A DNA stretch of 64,000 bases. Origin: Phoronis australis. Its lineage: Eukaryota; Animalia; Phoronida. This document shows positions 37,416 to 50,234 of this stretch, piece by piece. The notes beneath the pieces are model-generated. The model did no database searches, was not told the DNA's origin, and worked only from the letters and a program-made list of their open reading frames with translations. The position numbers were made by a program, and so were the translations under genes. The DNA is taken from NCBI GenBank assembly GCA_002633005.1, contig NMRA01000169.1, positions 154,397-218,396 of the forward strand. Reading direction: 5' to 3'. How positions within the stretch are numbered: the first letter of the stretch is position 1; every line of letters starts with the position of its first letter.

Positions 37416-38749
37416 AGAATAAACAAAAGTAATGCTGATGATAATTAATATTAGGTCTGGTGAGAATACTTCAATAAACACACCTCAATTTTCTCCTAGA
37501 CTGATTTGTAATATGCATCTTTGAATTCCTTGGGCAAATGCATTTCTCATCATAAATGCTGAGTAAATAACAATTATTAGATGTTTATTATTCTATGGTC
37601 ATACTTGCACGAGGGCACCTGTCAAGGGAATTTCAAAGCATGAGAGAAGTATTAGATTGCATAGTTAATGGAGGAGGCATAAACAGTGTGTTGCTAGGGT
37701 ATCTTGTCTTCCATCAATATACTCATTAGTTAAATAGACAATACTGATAGCCATAACCTTAAGGGGATAGAGTGAAACGGACTGAAGAGTAAACATGCAG
37801 CACCATCTAGTGAGAATATCTGATGAGGGGTTTGACAACATCAGTAGAGGACTCTGTGGTGCACTCATCAAGTCATTTGCAGATTTGACAAGAATCCTTA
37901 ATATAATTTGAAGCATGCTAAAATCTCATCAAATTCGGCCAAAAATACTGATTTTACGAAAACTGCCATGTTTTCATTTTCCAAAGACTTCTAACATTGT
38001 TGTGAATGTCCACAGTTTTTCAAAATGTTGCCTGGTGCAAGCCCTAAGCATTACATTTTCTGGTGCAAGCCTTCAGCATTACATTATTGTAAAATATTTT
38101 GATGAGTAAAACCAAACCATAAAATGTCATTGTCCACCATAAATAAGTGAGATTTTTCTGTCACAACAAATAAGCGGATCACCTTACTTACAAGCCAGCA
38201 AAATAAAATGAGGAATTAGGGAGCAACAACACGTACACACCAGAATACTGGCAATAACTATTGTGTAAGCCAAGATTCCTCAAGCTGAAAGGGTGTTAGA
38301 ACTAAGACAACTGATTTTAGTAAATACACCACCTGGATGTGATTGGTAAATATGAGGCACTCTTTATTACACCAAAGCACACCAGTTTGAAGTGATTGTT
38401 TTTCAAGTATGCTAGACACCTTACAAGCACACACTAGCAAAACTGAAGTGATTGGCCGGATTTACCATTTCTGTTACACATTCTGGACTCGAGAGCTTGA
38501 CGAATGTCTTGCGCCTACTCTCATGTGTTCACAGCAGGAGAATGTGGACAGAGAGGAGACCAGCACCAAAGAGTACAGGGTGCTCCAAAAAGGTGAGCCT
38601 TGTGCAGATTTTTATGGAACAGTACACATCAAATGCAATCACACAAAATAACCCTGAATTTCCTGCTTTGATGGTGGGGAAAAGTGAAATTTACAACCTA
38701 TCCATTTTAAAGTAGAAATGCTAAGACTTTCCTACAATAACGAGTTATC

Positions 38750-38860
38750 GCCAGTCATTAAAATCAGTTCTTGGCCAGTCATCATAACCAGTTACTGCCA
38801 GTGATTATGATCAGTTATTACCAACTGTTAAGATCAGATACTACCAGTCATTAAACAATT
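38750..38860. repeat. Degenerate ~23-bp tandem repeat
   Basis: CCAGTCATTAA.ATCAGTTA.T-like unit about 5 times. Confidence 0.6.
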
Positions 38861-38955
38861 TCCGTACTATACAAATAAGCCAGCGTAGCACCTAACAGGG
38901 AGACAGTAATTTGCTTTCACTTGGTACATTGATAGACGTACTAGACTTTCTTTAC

Positions 38956-39126
38956 CTGTGGCTGCTAATGAAGGTGTTTGCCCTCTGTACAAAGTTGTGT
39001 GGTATAGGCAGAACCTTGCCTACTGCAGGCGGATCATAGTCTGTGCAGGGCTCCTCCCTCGCAGGACTCTGGGGTGCTTCATATTTCAGATTCACTCTGT
39101 GATTACTATTATCGAGGTCAGAAAAC
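38956..39126 (-). CDS. ARM-FN3 protein exon (tail)
   Basis: ttgcAG...AG|GTAAAG, phase 2-2, FSDLDNSN...QRANTFISSHR. Confidence 0.75.
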
Positions 39127-39259
39127 CTGCAATTTGAAGAAGGATAATGACAAACAGTTTAGACAGAGGTAGAGAACTCTTCAATAATAACCTAGGGTAA
39201 CTTGTAATACAATGTCACAGCTACTGGAATCTAACAATATTGTAACGTTACCAAAATGA

Positions 39260-39503
39260 GGAGGCCGTGTGGCCTGGTTGATAAGTGCCCGCTTTCTTTA
39301 CTCGAGGTCGTGGGTTCGAGTCCCACCAGGTCACACTGCTAAACCCTTGAGCCAGGTTTCTAGCTCCTCAGCTCGGTTTTAACCATATATTAATAAAGCA
39401 TAAAAATATTTCCAGGTGATCAATGCAATGGGCCCACATGCGAGGCCTGCGCACGTCTGGTACAACCTGTATCAGACCGCCTGCAATTATTATTTTTTTA
39501 TTG
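39260..39503 (+). mobile_element. tRNA-derived SINE, full length, with TSD
   Basis: A box TGGCCTGGTTG, B box GGTTCGAGTCC, (TTA/T)n tail; flanking direct repeat ACGTTACCAAA(A)TGA at 39245..39259 and 39504..39517. Confidence 0.88.
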
Positions 39504-39720
39504 ACGTTACCAAATGACTGACTAAATTAATTTCAAACAGGCAAATCCATCACAGACTTGAACAATTTTTGAAACTCTCAGAGATAACATTGATGAACAT
39601 TATGATACCAGAGTTACAGTTTCCCCATATGCCAGTAGACAACAGGCATTCATATAGTAATCTGTTTCAAACTCAAACATGAGAGGAACTCTCTCTCTCA
39701 AGACAGTTATTTCTACCTAC

Positions 39721-40277
39721 CGCTGGGTCATTTCAATCCAACTTGGATCAGGTTGTGGCAGGCTGGCTTCTCTATTCCACCCCCCTGATGGGCCATCATT
39801 ATCTATAACACTTTTAACACCTGTCAGGTTGATTGGTTTATTCAGCATTGTGTTATGCCTGTCGTGATCTGACCTCTGACCCCTCATCTCCACACGACTG
39901 GCAGAGTTGGGAAGTAAATCTTTGGGCAGACTCCTTGGTGCTGTGTCAGACTTGGCCCTCTCTACCACACCTAACTGAGACTGAGTAACCTCACTAGTGC
40001 TATTATGCATTTTCATTTTTCTCGTCTCCTTATTTGGAGACGAATGAGTTTTACGACTCTTTTCCTTCTGGCCTATTTTTTTCTCATGATTGCTGTCCGA
40101 ACCAGAGTCAATATTCTGCTCTGGTTTAACTTGAGCAGGTTGGCATTTCTTGCTGGCAGGTTTTTGATTCCTCTCCCAAGATGGCATGTCTGAGTCATTT
40201 TTGTCAGTAAGCACAGCTGCTTCTAGCACCCTGACGACGCTGCTAGTCGACTTGGACGATTTTCCACTTGACAAGCG
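39721..40277 (-). CDS. ARM-FN3 protein exon (Ser/Lys-rich disordered tail)
   Basis: tatttttAG acceptor in phase 0, 557-nt open frame, CG|GTAGGT donor in phase 2. Confidence 0.78.
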
Positions 40278-41317
40278 CTAAAAATAAACCCAAAATGGCG
40301 TCGAATCATCTAAACACAACTGGGAGCAGAATTTGAAATGAACCCACAACTAGTAACTGATGAGGGCCACGTTTTCAGTCTTATTATTAGTGGAGAAGAC
40401 CAGGCACAGAATTTTCCAATGACAGCACAAGCCAAAAGTATTCAGATAAAATGACCTGAAATTCCCTGTGATGACGTGTGGGAGGACGTCAAATTTATCT
40501 CATTACCCAGATTGAGGTGAATGAACAGGACAGTTAGTAAGGTGGATAAGCCACTGTGTAAGTAGACTTTTGATACCCTTATACTTATTTTGATACCCTT
40601 GTATTTATTACCAAAATTACGTTGTGCAGAATTAGCCGTCATAACAGGGAAACAACATTTTGTATAGTATGATTACTTCATCTGTCACTGTTCTTATAAA
40701 CAGCTTTACAGAATGAAATGGGCGGAAAGTGAATCAAATTTTGATTTAAATTCAGTAACTATACATTATTGAATGTTAATATGAGAACTACCAGACAAGT
40801 ACAGAAGCACCTCAAATAAGATCTACCTGAGTACAGAGGCACCTCAAACAGGAACTCAACCGTTTTTGATTTTGATGATACCTGTAGTAACACTGCAGCT
40901 CCCTGGTTACCATGGAGTCATTTATTTGTGTTAGAATAATGTACTGTTCATGGAACAAAAGAATGAGACACGTATGGTCCAATGAAATGCCTCACATCCT
41001 GGTTCTACATTGATTCACTTCCACTGAGCACACTATCTTACACACTATTAAACACAGCCTCTCTCAGTCACTCATGTTTACTCAGTGGTAGTGAATGCAG
41101 AACCAAGATGGATATTATTGTAAGCACCCTCTCAAATTCAAATTTATTACTCTCATATCAGGAAATGATACTGTACAACAAGTAAATTTATTTAGCTTTT
41201 CAATTTCCTCACAACTCAAAACGCACTTAATGAATATTGTTTTCCTTCATATAACGGACCAATTAAAGAACAATTGAGCATAGTCATTAAAAATGTCTGT
41301 TTAGTAAAGCCCTCTAC

Positions 41318-41400
41318 CTCTTTAACTGTATCTGTGACTGCAGTTCGTTCTGTGCGCCTGCCAACATTACTCTTACCAGGTCCAACTCCACTACTGGTAG
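41318..41400 (-). CDS. ARM-FN3 protein exon (tail)
   Basis: ttctAG, phase 1-0 links the flanking exons; ATSSGVGPGKSNVGRR...VKE. An alternative internal donor exists at 41376. Confidence 0.55.
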
Positions 41401-43383
41401 CTAGAATCACAAGTCAAGCAGAATTGATGAGTTGAAAGAAATAAATTGTTACACCACTTCCTACCAAATGATTAAAACTATTGCAATTCATATCAAACAA
41501 AACAAATTAAATCAGATTTCATTACTTAGGCATAAACTGGTTTAATTTCCTTTTCATACCCTCATCATTTGTAGTTTTGCGCAGTGTGTAGCATAAAATA
41601 GTGCTGTCTTTCAATCTTTATTGCCAGAAACAAAATGAAATTAATTATCATATATTGAAGGGTTAATAATACTGTTCTTAATCTAACATCTGGCCATGGT
41701 TAGTGATGTCTTAAGTGTAAACCTCAACTTGTTAACAATTCCAAATTTTCTATAAATGTCCACGGTACATGAACTATTATATTCAAAACACACGTCCGTT
41801 GAATGTTCCTTGAATTTAACACACTGAGACCATGCTTTGAAAAAGCCCACAACACAATTTCCAAACTCAGTCTCAAATTTCATCTCAGTTTCTTTTATAT
41901 TTGCTCTGTATAACATGTAATATAAGCTTGAGATAAGTATCTTTATTCTTGTGCTTGAGTAATAACTTACTGAGAAAACAACAAAACACAACCTAAGTTT
42001 GCACTTAGTAAATCCTGTCAAGTTCTAGTTAAAACCAATGACTTTGAGTTGAGACTAAAAGGTTAAGACCTTTTTTGGCAAAAGCATTATTTGTGATTAT
42101 GTACAAGTAAGATTCTAAAGATTAGAAACACACAATCTTTACAATTGGTGTTTGAGTCAAAGAAATAAGGGTTTTGTATATATATGTAGTGTAGGGAACA
42201 AATCAGAGGTAGGAGTCTGTAAATGCATGCATACTTGTTTTGTAAATTAGCTAAACAGGTCTATTGAACAGAGGTTGAGACCTGTGAAGGTATACATACT
42301 TGTTTACAACTGATTACATAATAGGCATAGTGAACTAAAAAGAGATTAGGGTCTGATGAATGTATACACACTTCTTTGTTACTTTCAGCTGAGTTAACTC
42401 AGTCTTTCTAACTCAGGATGAACTTAATAGTTGACACAGACTTAAAATTACCTTCCCACATTGAATCACAACAGAACAACAAAAACTTTACAGAAAACAA
42501 GATGAATATTTAAATAAATGATCATCTAAAACATATATGAAACCAATTTACTGTCAAATTCATAGAAAAAACATTGAACAAAACTAAACAGAAAACTAGC
42601 AAATGTTCTAGATTGTAATAAAATATCAACACATCATCAAAAATTAAAAAATCACAAGTTTTAAAGAATCTGAATCACAAAACTGTTTTTGCTTCATTTT
42701 AGTAATAAAATTCATATGTGTGTGAATTTTTAGTTTTTATTTTTGGTGCTGCACCAACACCTAAAATGGCCGCAATAGTGAATGACAGCTGACTGATGCA
42801 CTATGGGTATTATCTTATTTTAACTACCCATTTCTTTAAAAATCAAAATTAGGAGTGAAATAAAACAAACATAAAGAGGGAAGAAAGTTAAGAACCATTT
42901 ATATTTTAGCAATTTCGTCTGATGAAACTCACCCTGTGTTGTAAACTGGTGAATGTGAACTAAAGATTATCTTTAAGAAATTTATGTGTCACCACCACAT
43001 TATAGCTTGACTGGACAAAGCCTTGATGAGGTAATGAACATAAGACACCATCTTCAATAACATCTGATCTCTTTAGTGTGGGACATTAAACACATGAATA
43101 TCTCAATGACTTTGCCTGCTGGGTGAGCTCAATAAGACAGGTTTCCTGCATGTTATTAATGGTCACACAGGTGCGTAACAACCAAAACACGCGAAATCAC
43201 TAGCACTTACTAGCATAACTGAGAGCGCCAACGTACTACACTCCAAGCAGAGTTGGTTCTTTGGCTAGATTTATTGTCCAAGCTCAATACTGTAACATGC
43301 AGCAGTGACTTGACTAGCTGTTGCTGTATGTGACTGTTGAAGTGAACACTTAAAGACATGACTTGATTAGAAGCAGAACTTAC

Positions 43384-43438
43384 CAGATATAGGTCTGCGG
43401 TTGGACACTTCACTATCCTGCTGTTTAGTACTTAGCAC
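43384..43438 (-). CDS. ARM-FN3 protein exon (tail)
   Basis: ttttccAG...G|GTAAGT, phase 0-1, VLSTKQQDSEVSNRRPIS. Confidence 0.7.
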
Positions 43439-44504
43439 CTGGAAAATTAGCACAAATGACTGCATACTACCTAAAATGAAGAGTTGTGAAGTGTCATGAC
43501 ATGTCATGACAGGAAACAATAATTTCATCCAATTATTTTTGACCTGTCCTGAATTTTTTCAGAATAATCAAGTAACATTTAGAGATAAGAGATTCTTCAC
43601 AGTGTAATGTTTCTCATTACAGTACATGCTCACCAATTAAGGAGTGAGACACAATACAGTTGACAAGTTCAATGTTATTTTTTCACAAACATGAAATCTT
43701 TTATTTAATCATTTTATATGTTAGCATTAAATTGAACAAAAAGAAAACAAATAACAAGTGCTTAAGCAAACAATATCATATTTTCAACACTATGCACTAA
43801 ATACTTAAAATAGATGTTTTGTTATTTTCCTCAGACCATCATCAGTGTGTACCTAAGCAGGGAACACTGCAAAATAATTAAACACTGGAATGACAGTTAT
43901 AACAGGAAACAGAAATTGAGCGAGAGTCAGGACCAAAGTAGTGGACATATTATCGTTATTCAAAGAGAAGTATGTTTTAACATCAGTTAAATGGTTTTCC
44001 CTGATCCAGACTTGTTCCAAAGCTGCCATCAGACAATGTTTTGAGAAACTGTAGTAAAATATGTATGAGAGGGGGGAGGCATTTTCATTCTTTTACCCAC
44101 CGCTCATTTTTTCTTATAATTCTCGAACTCACAACTCATAATTTTAATTAGGTTGAAATATAAAATACAACCACACGCAATATTTTTAAATTATACTTAG
44201 TACATGTTAGCTTTTATTCTCTTTAGATATTTTTGGTCTTCAATGTTTCGTGAGCTGACAATGGTTCAGTAGACACAGCATCAGCTTCCTCCCAGGCAAG
44301 GAATAAAAATTCACACATGCTTTCAAGTAAATAGCGATTAACGCAATGAGAACGTTGTTATGTACCCTTCGTGTGCTTTGCAGATGGCAGATACACTTAC
44401 TAAGGGTGCTCATTATTTCAAAATTAATACATGAGGGAACAACAAATAAATTGCCTCTAGGTTACACATCATCATGTGTTGAGTACTTATGATCAACAGA
44501 CAAC

Positions 44505-45000
44505 AACTAGCTGTCTTGACGAATGTTGTCAAAAACTAAAGTGGCCAAAAGTGTGGTTGAATCAAAACGAAAATCGACTGTTGCCAGCGCACATCTGCCA
44601 TCTATCTCTGCCATCATGTTGAGCGGTTTCAATATAATAGACAGATAAGGAATGACTAACAGGGAGTGCCACAGTAGTTGAATCTGTCCAAAAATTGACT
44701 GGTGCCAGCACATTCTCGCCATCTACTACTGTATCGAATTTCATCATGATCCAATAAACAATCTTTGAGGTAACTCATGTACAAGGAATGACTTGTAAAA
44801 AACTAAAACAGCCAACATGATTTACCACAGAAGCCAAATCTGTCCAAAAATCGACTGGTGCTGGCACATCCCTGCCAAGTTCTTTATAGAAAATTACTTA
44901 GTGATCTGTCTAGCGGTTCTTGAGATAACTGACAGATTGTAACGACAAATGGACGGACGGGATGCCAACTATATGCGACCACAAAGGGAGCAGAAAAATT
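44505..45000 (+). mobile_element. Helentron/HINE-like non-autonomous element with internal tandem repeats
   Basis: Starts AACTAG; three diverged copies of AAAAT(C/T)GACTG(G/T)TGC...CACAT..GCCA; GGACGGACGG microsatellite near the 3' end. Confidence 0.5.
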
Positions 45001-45690
45001 CCACGTGAGCTCACAACTCGTGTCATTTACCAGAAACTGGCTCTTCAAAGACACCTGTGAGCAATACTTTAGGCAGCCACCAGGTGTCTCTGTCCACCAG
45101 GTGTCAATGTAATGTCAATAAGATTTTTTCAATTTCATTGATCTATGAATCTCAGTGTTTCCACAAATAGTTCTAGGCGGCTATGCCAAGTAGAAATTAG
45201 AACTTGTCTAATAATTATGTGTCTCATCCTTTTTGTCAAAATAATTCATCAGATTTTCTTAGTTTAGTGTTGCAGTAATTTTCATTCTAATGTGGCACAT
45301 TGAACATTGCACACTGTACATTAGCAACATGGGCTTGTCTTGATGTTTTTGGAAAATTTTGAGCATATGCCAAATGAATTTTTGGTGAGTTTTGAAGTTT
45401 TTTCAGAGGGTATTGAGATCTGTGTTTGGCTGAAAGTACCCAACTGTCAACATTTTCTGGACAAAAAACACCAACAACTTTAACAACTTACACCTTTCAA
45501 GAAGGACCACCCATTTTCCTTCAGAAGACAACCCCCTATTAATTTATATTTCAAATGCTGCCCATCTTCCATACAGACTTTGCTGTAGCAGCCCTTACAG
45601 ACCTTGAAAAATCAAAGAAAACAATTTTTGCAATTATTTTGTTTGAAATTAGTGAGATTTTTTTTTTTTTAATTCTATGAAACTACGTAC

Positions 45691-45848
45691 CCTGGAGCTG
45701 GTTGCACTGGAAAGCCTATTATGTGTCATGGAGCGGGCCTCATCATGAATTCCATTCACCGACTTTTTCCGTCGCACTGGACGGTGAGGATCATCTGTGG
45801 AATCTTTGCGAACTGGCACATGATAGAGCGGTACACGGTCAGGGTCAT
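45691..45848 (-). CDS. ARM-FN3 protein exon (start of tail)
   Basis: ttacAG...AGG|GTACGT, phase 1-0, DPDRVPLYHVPVRK...SATSSR. Confidence 0.82.
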
Positions 45849-46095
45849 CTGTAACAAGCAGAGTTGTCAACTTTATTATAACAGTAAATTTCAGTCCTAA
45901 AAGCAGCAAAGTAGTTTTTGACCTCAAGCACAATACGATCCATTGATTCAGCCTTACACACTCCTCCTTCATCATCTGAATATATTGAGAATAGAAAAGC
46001 TGATGATGGGCATTTGTAGACTGAGGGTCCCATGCACGAATGGGTGTATTTTACGCACTCTTTTTTATACGAGCACACCCCAGTGAGCAACTTAC

Positions 46096-46362
46096 ATTCG
46101 TTTTTAGGTGTTTTCTTCTTAGCCTCCTTACTGTCAAATCTGCCCTCATTGGTCAGCGCGCATACTGTGAATGTGTACTCAGTGTTGGGGGTGAGGCGGC
46201 GTGCTGTGTGATGGAGCTCTGTGCCTGAGTAGATGACGTTGCTGTTCATGATGACGTCGTAACGATTGATCCGACCAATAGGGACCTCCGGTGGATGCCA
46301 GGAGAGGTGGATCTCGTTGCGGCCCATGATTGACAGCTGTGGCTTGGAGGGGCAGTGAGCAC
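46096..46362 (-). CDS. ARM-FN3 protein exon (FN3 domain 3)
   Basis: PSKPQL...IHLSWHPP...INRYDV...LTPNTEYTFTVCA is the FN3 consensus; phase 1-1 with GT/AG. Confidence 0.92.
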
Positions 46363-46569
46363 CTGACAAATGAAGTAATTGATGGAAATTTTCAACAACT
46401 TTGAACTTTTTTCAATTTCAAGGGCTTCTTACACTGTCCTAAATGCCCACAATTTTGTAGCTCTGGTACCTGTAAATAAGAAAATTGTGAATTTGTGTCT
46501 TTGAGCAAGAAGCTTTTATTCACTGAGAAGTCAATCATGGTATATTTATAGAACATTAGACATTCCAAC

Positions 46570-46716
46570 CTGTGTCAGCTGTGTCAGCACCAATAGATGA
46601 CTTGGGCCCTTTGCCTTTAGAGGTGGCTGCACACACGTAGACCTCGTACGACGTACTCGTGTGAAGACCCGTCAGAATACAGCTCAGTTCGTGGGTATGT
46701 TCCACTGCTGTTCTAC
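46570..46716 (-). CDS. ARM-FN3 protein exon (FN3 domain 2, second half)
   Basis: ILTGLHTSTSYEVYVCAATSKGKGPKS; phase 1-1. Confidence 0.9.
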
Positions 46717-47617
46717 CTGTCAACAACATTACGCTGAAGAATAGTCACGGTCAGAAGCAAGAGAAATCTTTTTTTACAATACATACAACATCCTTAACAA
46801 AACCTTAGGTTAGGTGTATTATGGCTTAGCCTAATATTAACATTTGCATGCAATTGATACCACAATACAATGAGAAAAGTGGGACAAAAATGTTCACAAA
46901 AATGTTCACAAATAGGCTGAAACATGAAGGTAACCAATGATGTTTTTGCACAATCGAGGAGCCCAAAGCTTGCCATAAATTTAGGAAAAAATGGTTCAGC
47001 TGTTATGACTCTCAAACAACAACGAATAAGCAGTGCATGTATCAGAAAACACTGATTAACAAAACTGTTACCAAGGTTTCAATGGTGAGAACTGTGCAGT
47101 TTGAGCAGACAAGCAGTAGTCAGATAGCTGCTCAACCTGCATGCTATTATAGTACAAGACAAAAGTAATCAGACAAAATACTGTTAGCACATCAGGACTG
47201 CATCTGTTAACAATGACTGGTAATAACTATTAGGCTCCTAATTACAGAGTGGCTTAGCCACGTTATTTACTGTAATGTTCACTGACCTTCATTCTGGGTC
47301 ATTTCTCTGATGATGAATTCAGTTTCTGCTCAGCAGTCACTACGGCAAATGCTGGGTCATTTTGTCTGAATACTTTTGGAGTGCACTATAACTCTGAGAA
47401 GTCCACTGTGCTTTTTTCCTAAATTCTATGCCTTGTAAAACACATTTTGGGTTCCTGAAATACACTTGTCTACCTCCTACAATAAAAATTCCTTGAACCC
47501 TCACTTCATTTTTGTTTAGTTTTGGGACACCTTATTTGTGGATGGCATCTGATGTGTACACTAACAATTTTCATTCATTCAAATAACAGTGTGCCTTGCA
47601 TCACATCCATCCCTCAC

Positions 47618-47734
47618 CTAAGTAAACGTGATATCCCTTGAGAACTCCATTGGGACTCTCAGGCGGCTCCCAACCGATCTTGAGCTGTGTAGCTGTAGCA
47701 CCAAGAAGTCTGACATTCACCGGGGGTCCAGGCA
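47618..47734 (-). CDS. ARM-FN3 protein exon (FN3 domain 2, first half)
   Basis: PGPPVNVRLLGATATQLKIGWEPPESPNGVLKGYHV; phase 1-1. Confidence 0.9.
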
Positions 47735-47862
47735 CTAATTGGAGATACAAATGTAACAGATGACGCAGTACTGAGGACACTCACCAGAGGTCCAAGCACT
47801 AATGAGAGATACAGTGTAACAGATGACACTGTAGTGAGGACACTCACTGGGGCCCAGGCACC
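47718..47862. repeat. ~64-bp tandem repeat (about 2.3 copies) spanning an intron-exon junction
   Basis: The acceptor plus first exon bases are repeated upstream at 47785..47800 and 47848..47861. Confidence 0.85.
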
Positions 47863-49590
47863 AAATACAAATCAATTATGTCAAAATATGTACAGAACCT
47901 CAAAGTGGTCTCAGGGAAGTAAGATATAACATTAAAAAATAATGCAATGTTTAAGTCTTGACATGTTTTGAGGTGTCTTGACATAATTTTCATATTAAAC
48001 AAAAATAAAACCATCTACCAAGGCTGTACCTCGGGAGCAAGTTTTCGGATATACAGAATTTATCAAACACGTGACACTTTTCATTGTTGACAGTCTTTAT
48101 TCCATTTTGTTCACATCTTCGGGATAAAACTCTACTCTCAATGGAAGTATTTTACACCCGCTGTGTCCCACTGTGTATGTCTCCAGCTTATGCTCTGCAG
48201 TGGCATCATTTTATATTCACTTGAGAATGAAACAAGTAATTGTTAATATTCAAAATATCGTGTACCTTTCAATTATGCCGCTAGTTCAGTTACTTCATCT
48301 ATGTTCTGTTAAGAGTAGAGTTTTACCAATTAAGAAACAGAATAAAGACTGGTAACAATGAAAAGTGTTGTGTGTTCAATCAATTCTGTATATCTACCGA
48401 GGCCAGTACAACATGCGAGACTGAGCCATATACAACATCATAGTAAGTTATCACTGGCAATTCATCAGACTCTCACACTGTTCTGGCCTCATTAGACCGA
48501 CACATTTTGTTTCTGAGGATGATGTGAACACATAAACCTGAGAAGATCTCGTCATTATTCTTAACATTATATGGAACCCCTAGAATTCTAAAACAAACAG
48601 TAACTCTGAATCATTTGTCACATATTAGGCACAACTTTAGTCAAACTTATCATTTGTCGTTAAAGCAGCTACAAGCCCATTATCTGTCAGAAAAAACAAA
48701 ATTAGTTTAAATTCGATTAAGTTCCAATTGTTGGCAAGAAATTGATCTCAATTTGTTCATTAGTCAAGAAGTTAGAGATGACTTGTGAGTTAATTTTGTG
48801 AAGAACTGACAGGTTGTTATCAGTTGACATTAGGCTCTAAAAGCTTTTCAGAATGTCACTGACTATAGCTGCTACTTTTAGATGGGCAACAGCTGTATCC
48901 GTGTAAGTTGTTATGGTCAGACTTGCTCCACTTTAGTCGCATTAGATCGCAAACTGGATCAGTGAGTCTGAGTCATTTACACAAAGACTGTCTGCACATG
49001 CTCGCATAAACAATAGTGAACGCCCAAACTATCTGGCATGCCAGCGGATCACACGAATATACGCTATTGCGCAAACACATTTGAAAGATGGCCCCTTTCC
49101 ACACTACCCCAATTGTGTTTAGACAAGCAGTTGAAAGAGGAGCAACTGATGGAGTGCAACTCGCTCTACCTCTCAAACTGGCGCCAAAAATGGCAACTTG
49201 CTCCATGTGGGTCGTGTTTACACGCACACATGTGCCCAATCAGTTGTTCCGCGTTAGTTGCTCAGTGACAACTGTCTCCCATGTAAATTCAGCTTATATG
49301 TGCGGAACATGGTCTGGATGAATAATGAATTGGCAGTTATTTGCAAATCCAGAAATGGCTTCTCATTCAAGTAAGAACTAAATTGTGACCAATTATATTG
49401 CACTAAGGATGTCTAAATCAAATGTTCAAATAACTTCAATTTTTCATGAAAACTTTGAAACAGTTTGTTGTGTACAATGACTGTAATATGAGTTAAGTAC
49501 CCAATCCTGGCGACAATGGCACAAAACACAGTCATATTTGGTGCCTGGTCCATCGAATGCAATAACACAGTAACAAAAACTCATAATTAC

Positions 49591-49824
49591 ATGACTCATC
49601 TGTCGTTGCTATAGCGACATCACTGAATGGGCTCTCATCACCCTCCGTGACAGCCCTGACCCTGAATGTATACTTTGTGTATGGCTCCAGTCCTTTCAGT
49701 AGACACTGACAGTCCATGCCACTGTAGACACACTTAACCCCATCAAACACCTGGTAGCGAACTTCAAACCCACTTCGTGTAATGACCTCTGGCCAGACTA
49801 ACTCCACCTGGTGGGGGCCTTTAA
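49591..49824 (-). CDS. ARM-FN3 protein exon (FN3 domain 1)
   Basis: VELVWP...RYQV...LKGLEPYTKYTFRVRAVTEGDESPFS; phase 1-1. Confidence 0.92.
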
Positions 49825-50049
49825 CTGTGGTATAGATGAAGAGAATAAAACAATGAGTGGTATTACACGCTTATTGTAGCACAGGGTTCTTAACAATTAT
49901 GCAAAAAATTGTTAAAATAAAAATAACGCTTTAACATGAATTAATATATAAGTTGAACAGCACAAAAAATGAGCAGTGAAACTTTTAAGATTGAACTGCA
50001 AGGAATGAGATTGATGATACCAACCAGTCAATTATATAAACAGACATAC

Positions 50050-50234
50050 CCTCTGCAGTCAGGGGCCCAGGACGAGACAGTCGTTTCAAGATGGCTAGTG
50101 TGGCATGCACCTCTTCCAACATGTCCTCCCCAATAGTCGTCTTACAAGAGATGGCAGTCAGTGATGGGACAACAGCGGTGTGGTCCCTCAACATAAGGCA
50201 TCCCCGCGGTTGGCTGGCAAGAGTATGGAGGGTC
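50050..50234 (-). CDS. ARM-FN3 protein exon (last ARM-like repeat and linker)
   Basis: TLHTLASQPRGCLML...EEVHATLAILKRL; phase 2-1. Confidence 0.88.

Noticed and set aside
40357-40400. CTGATGAG hammerhead-core-like word
   Set aside because: No stem II or GAAA partner
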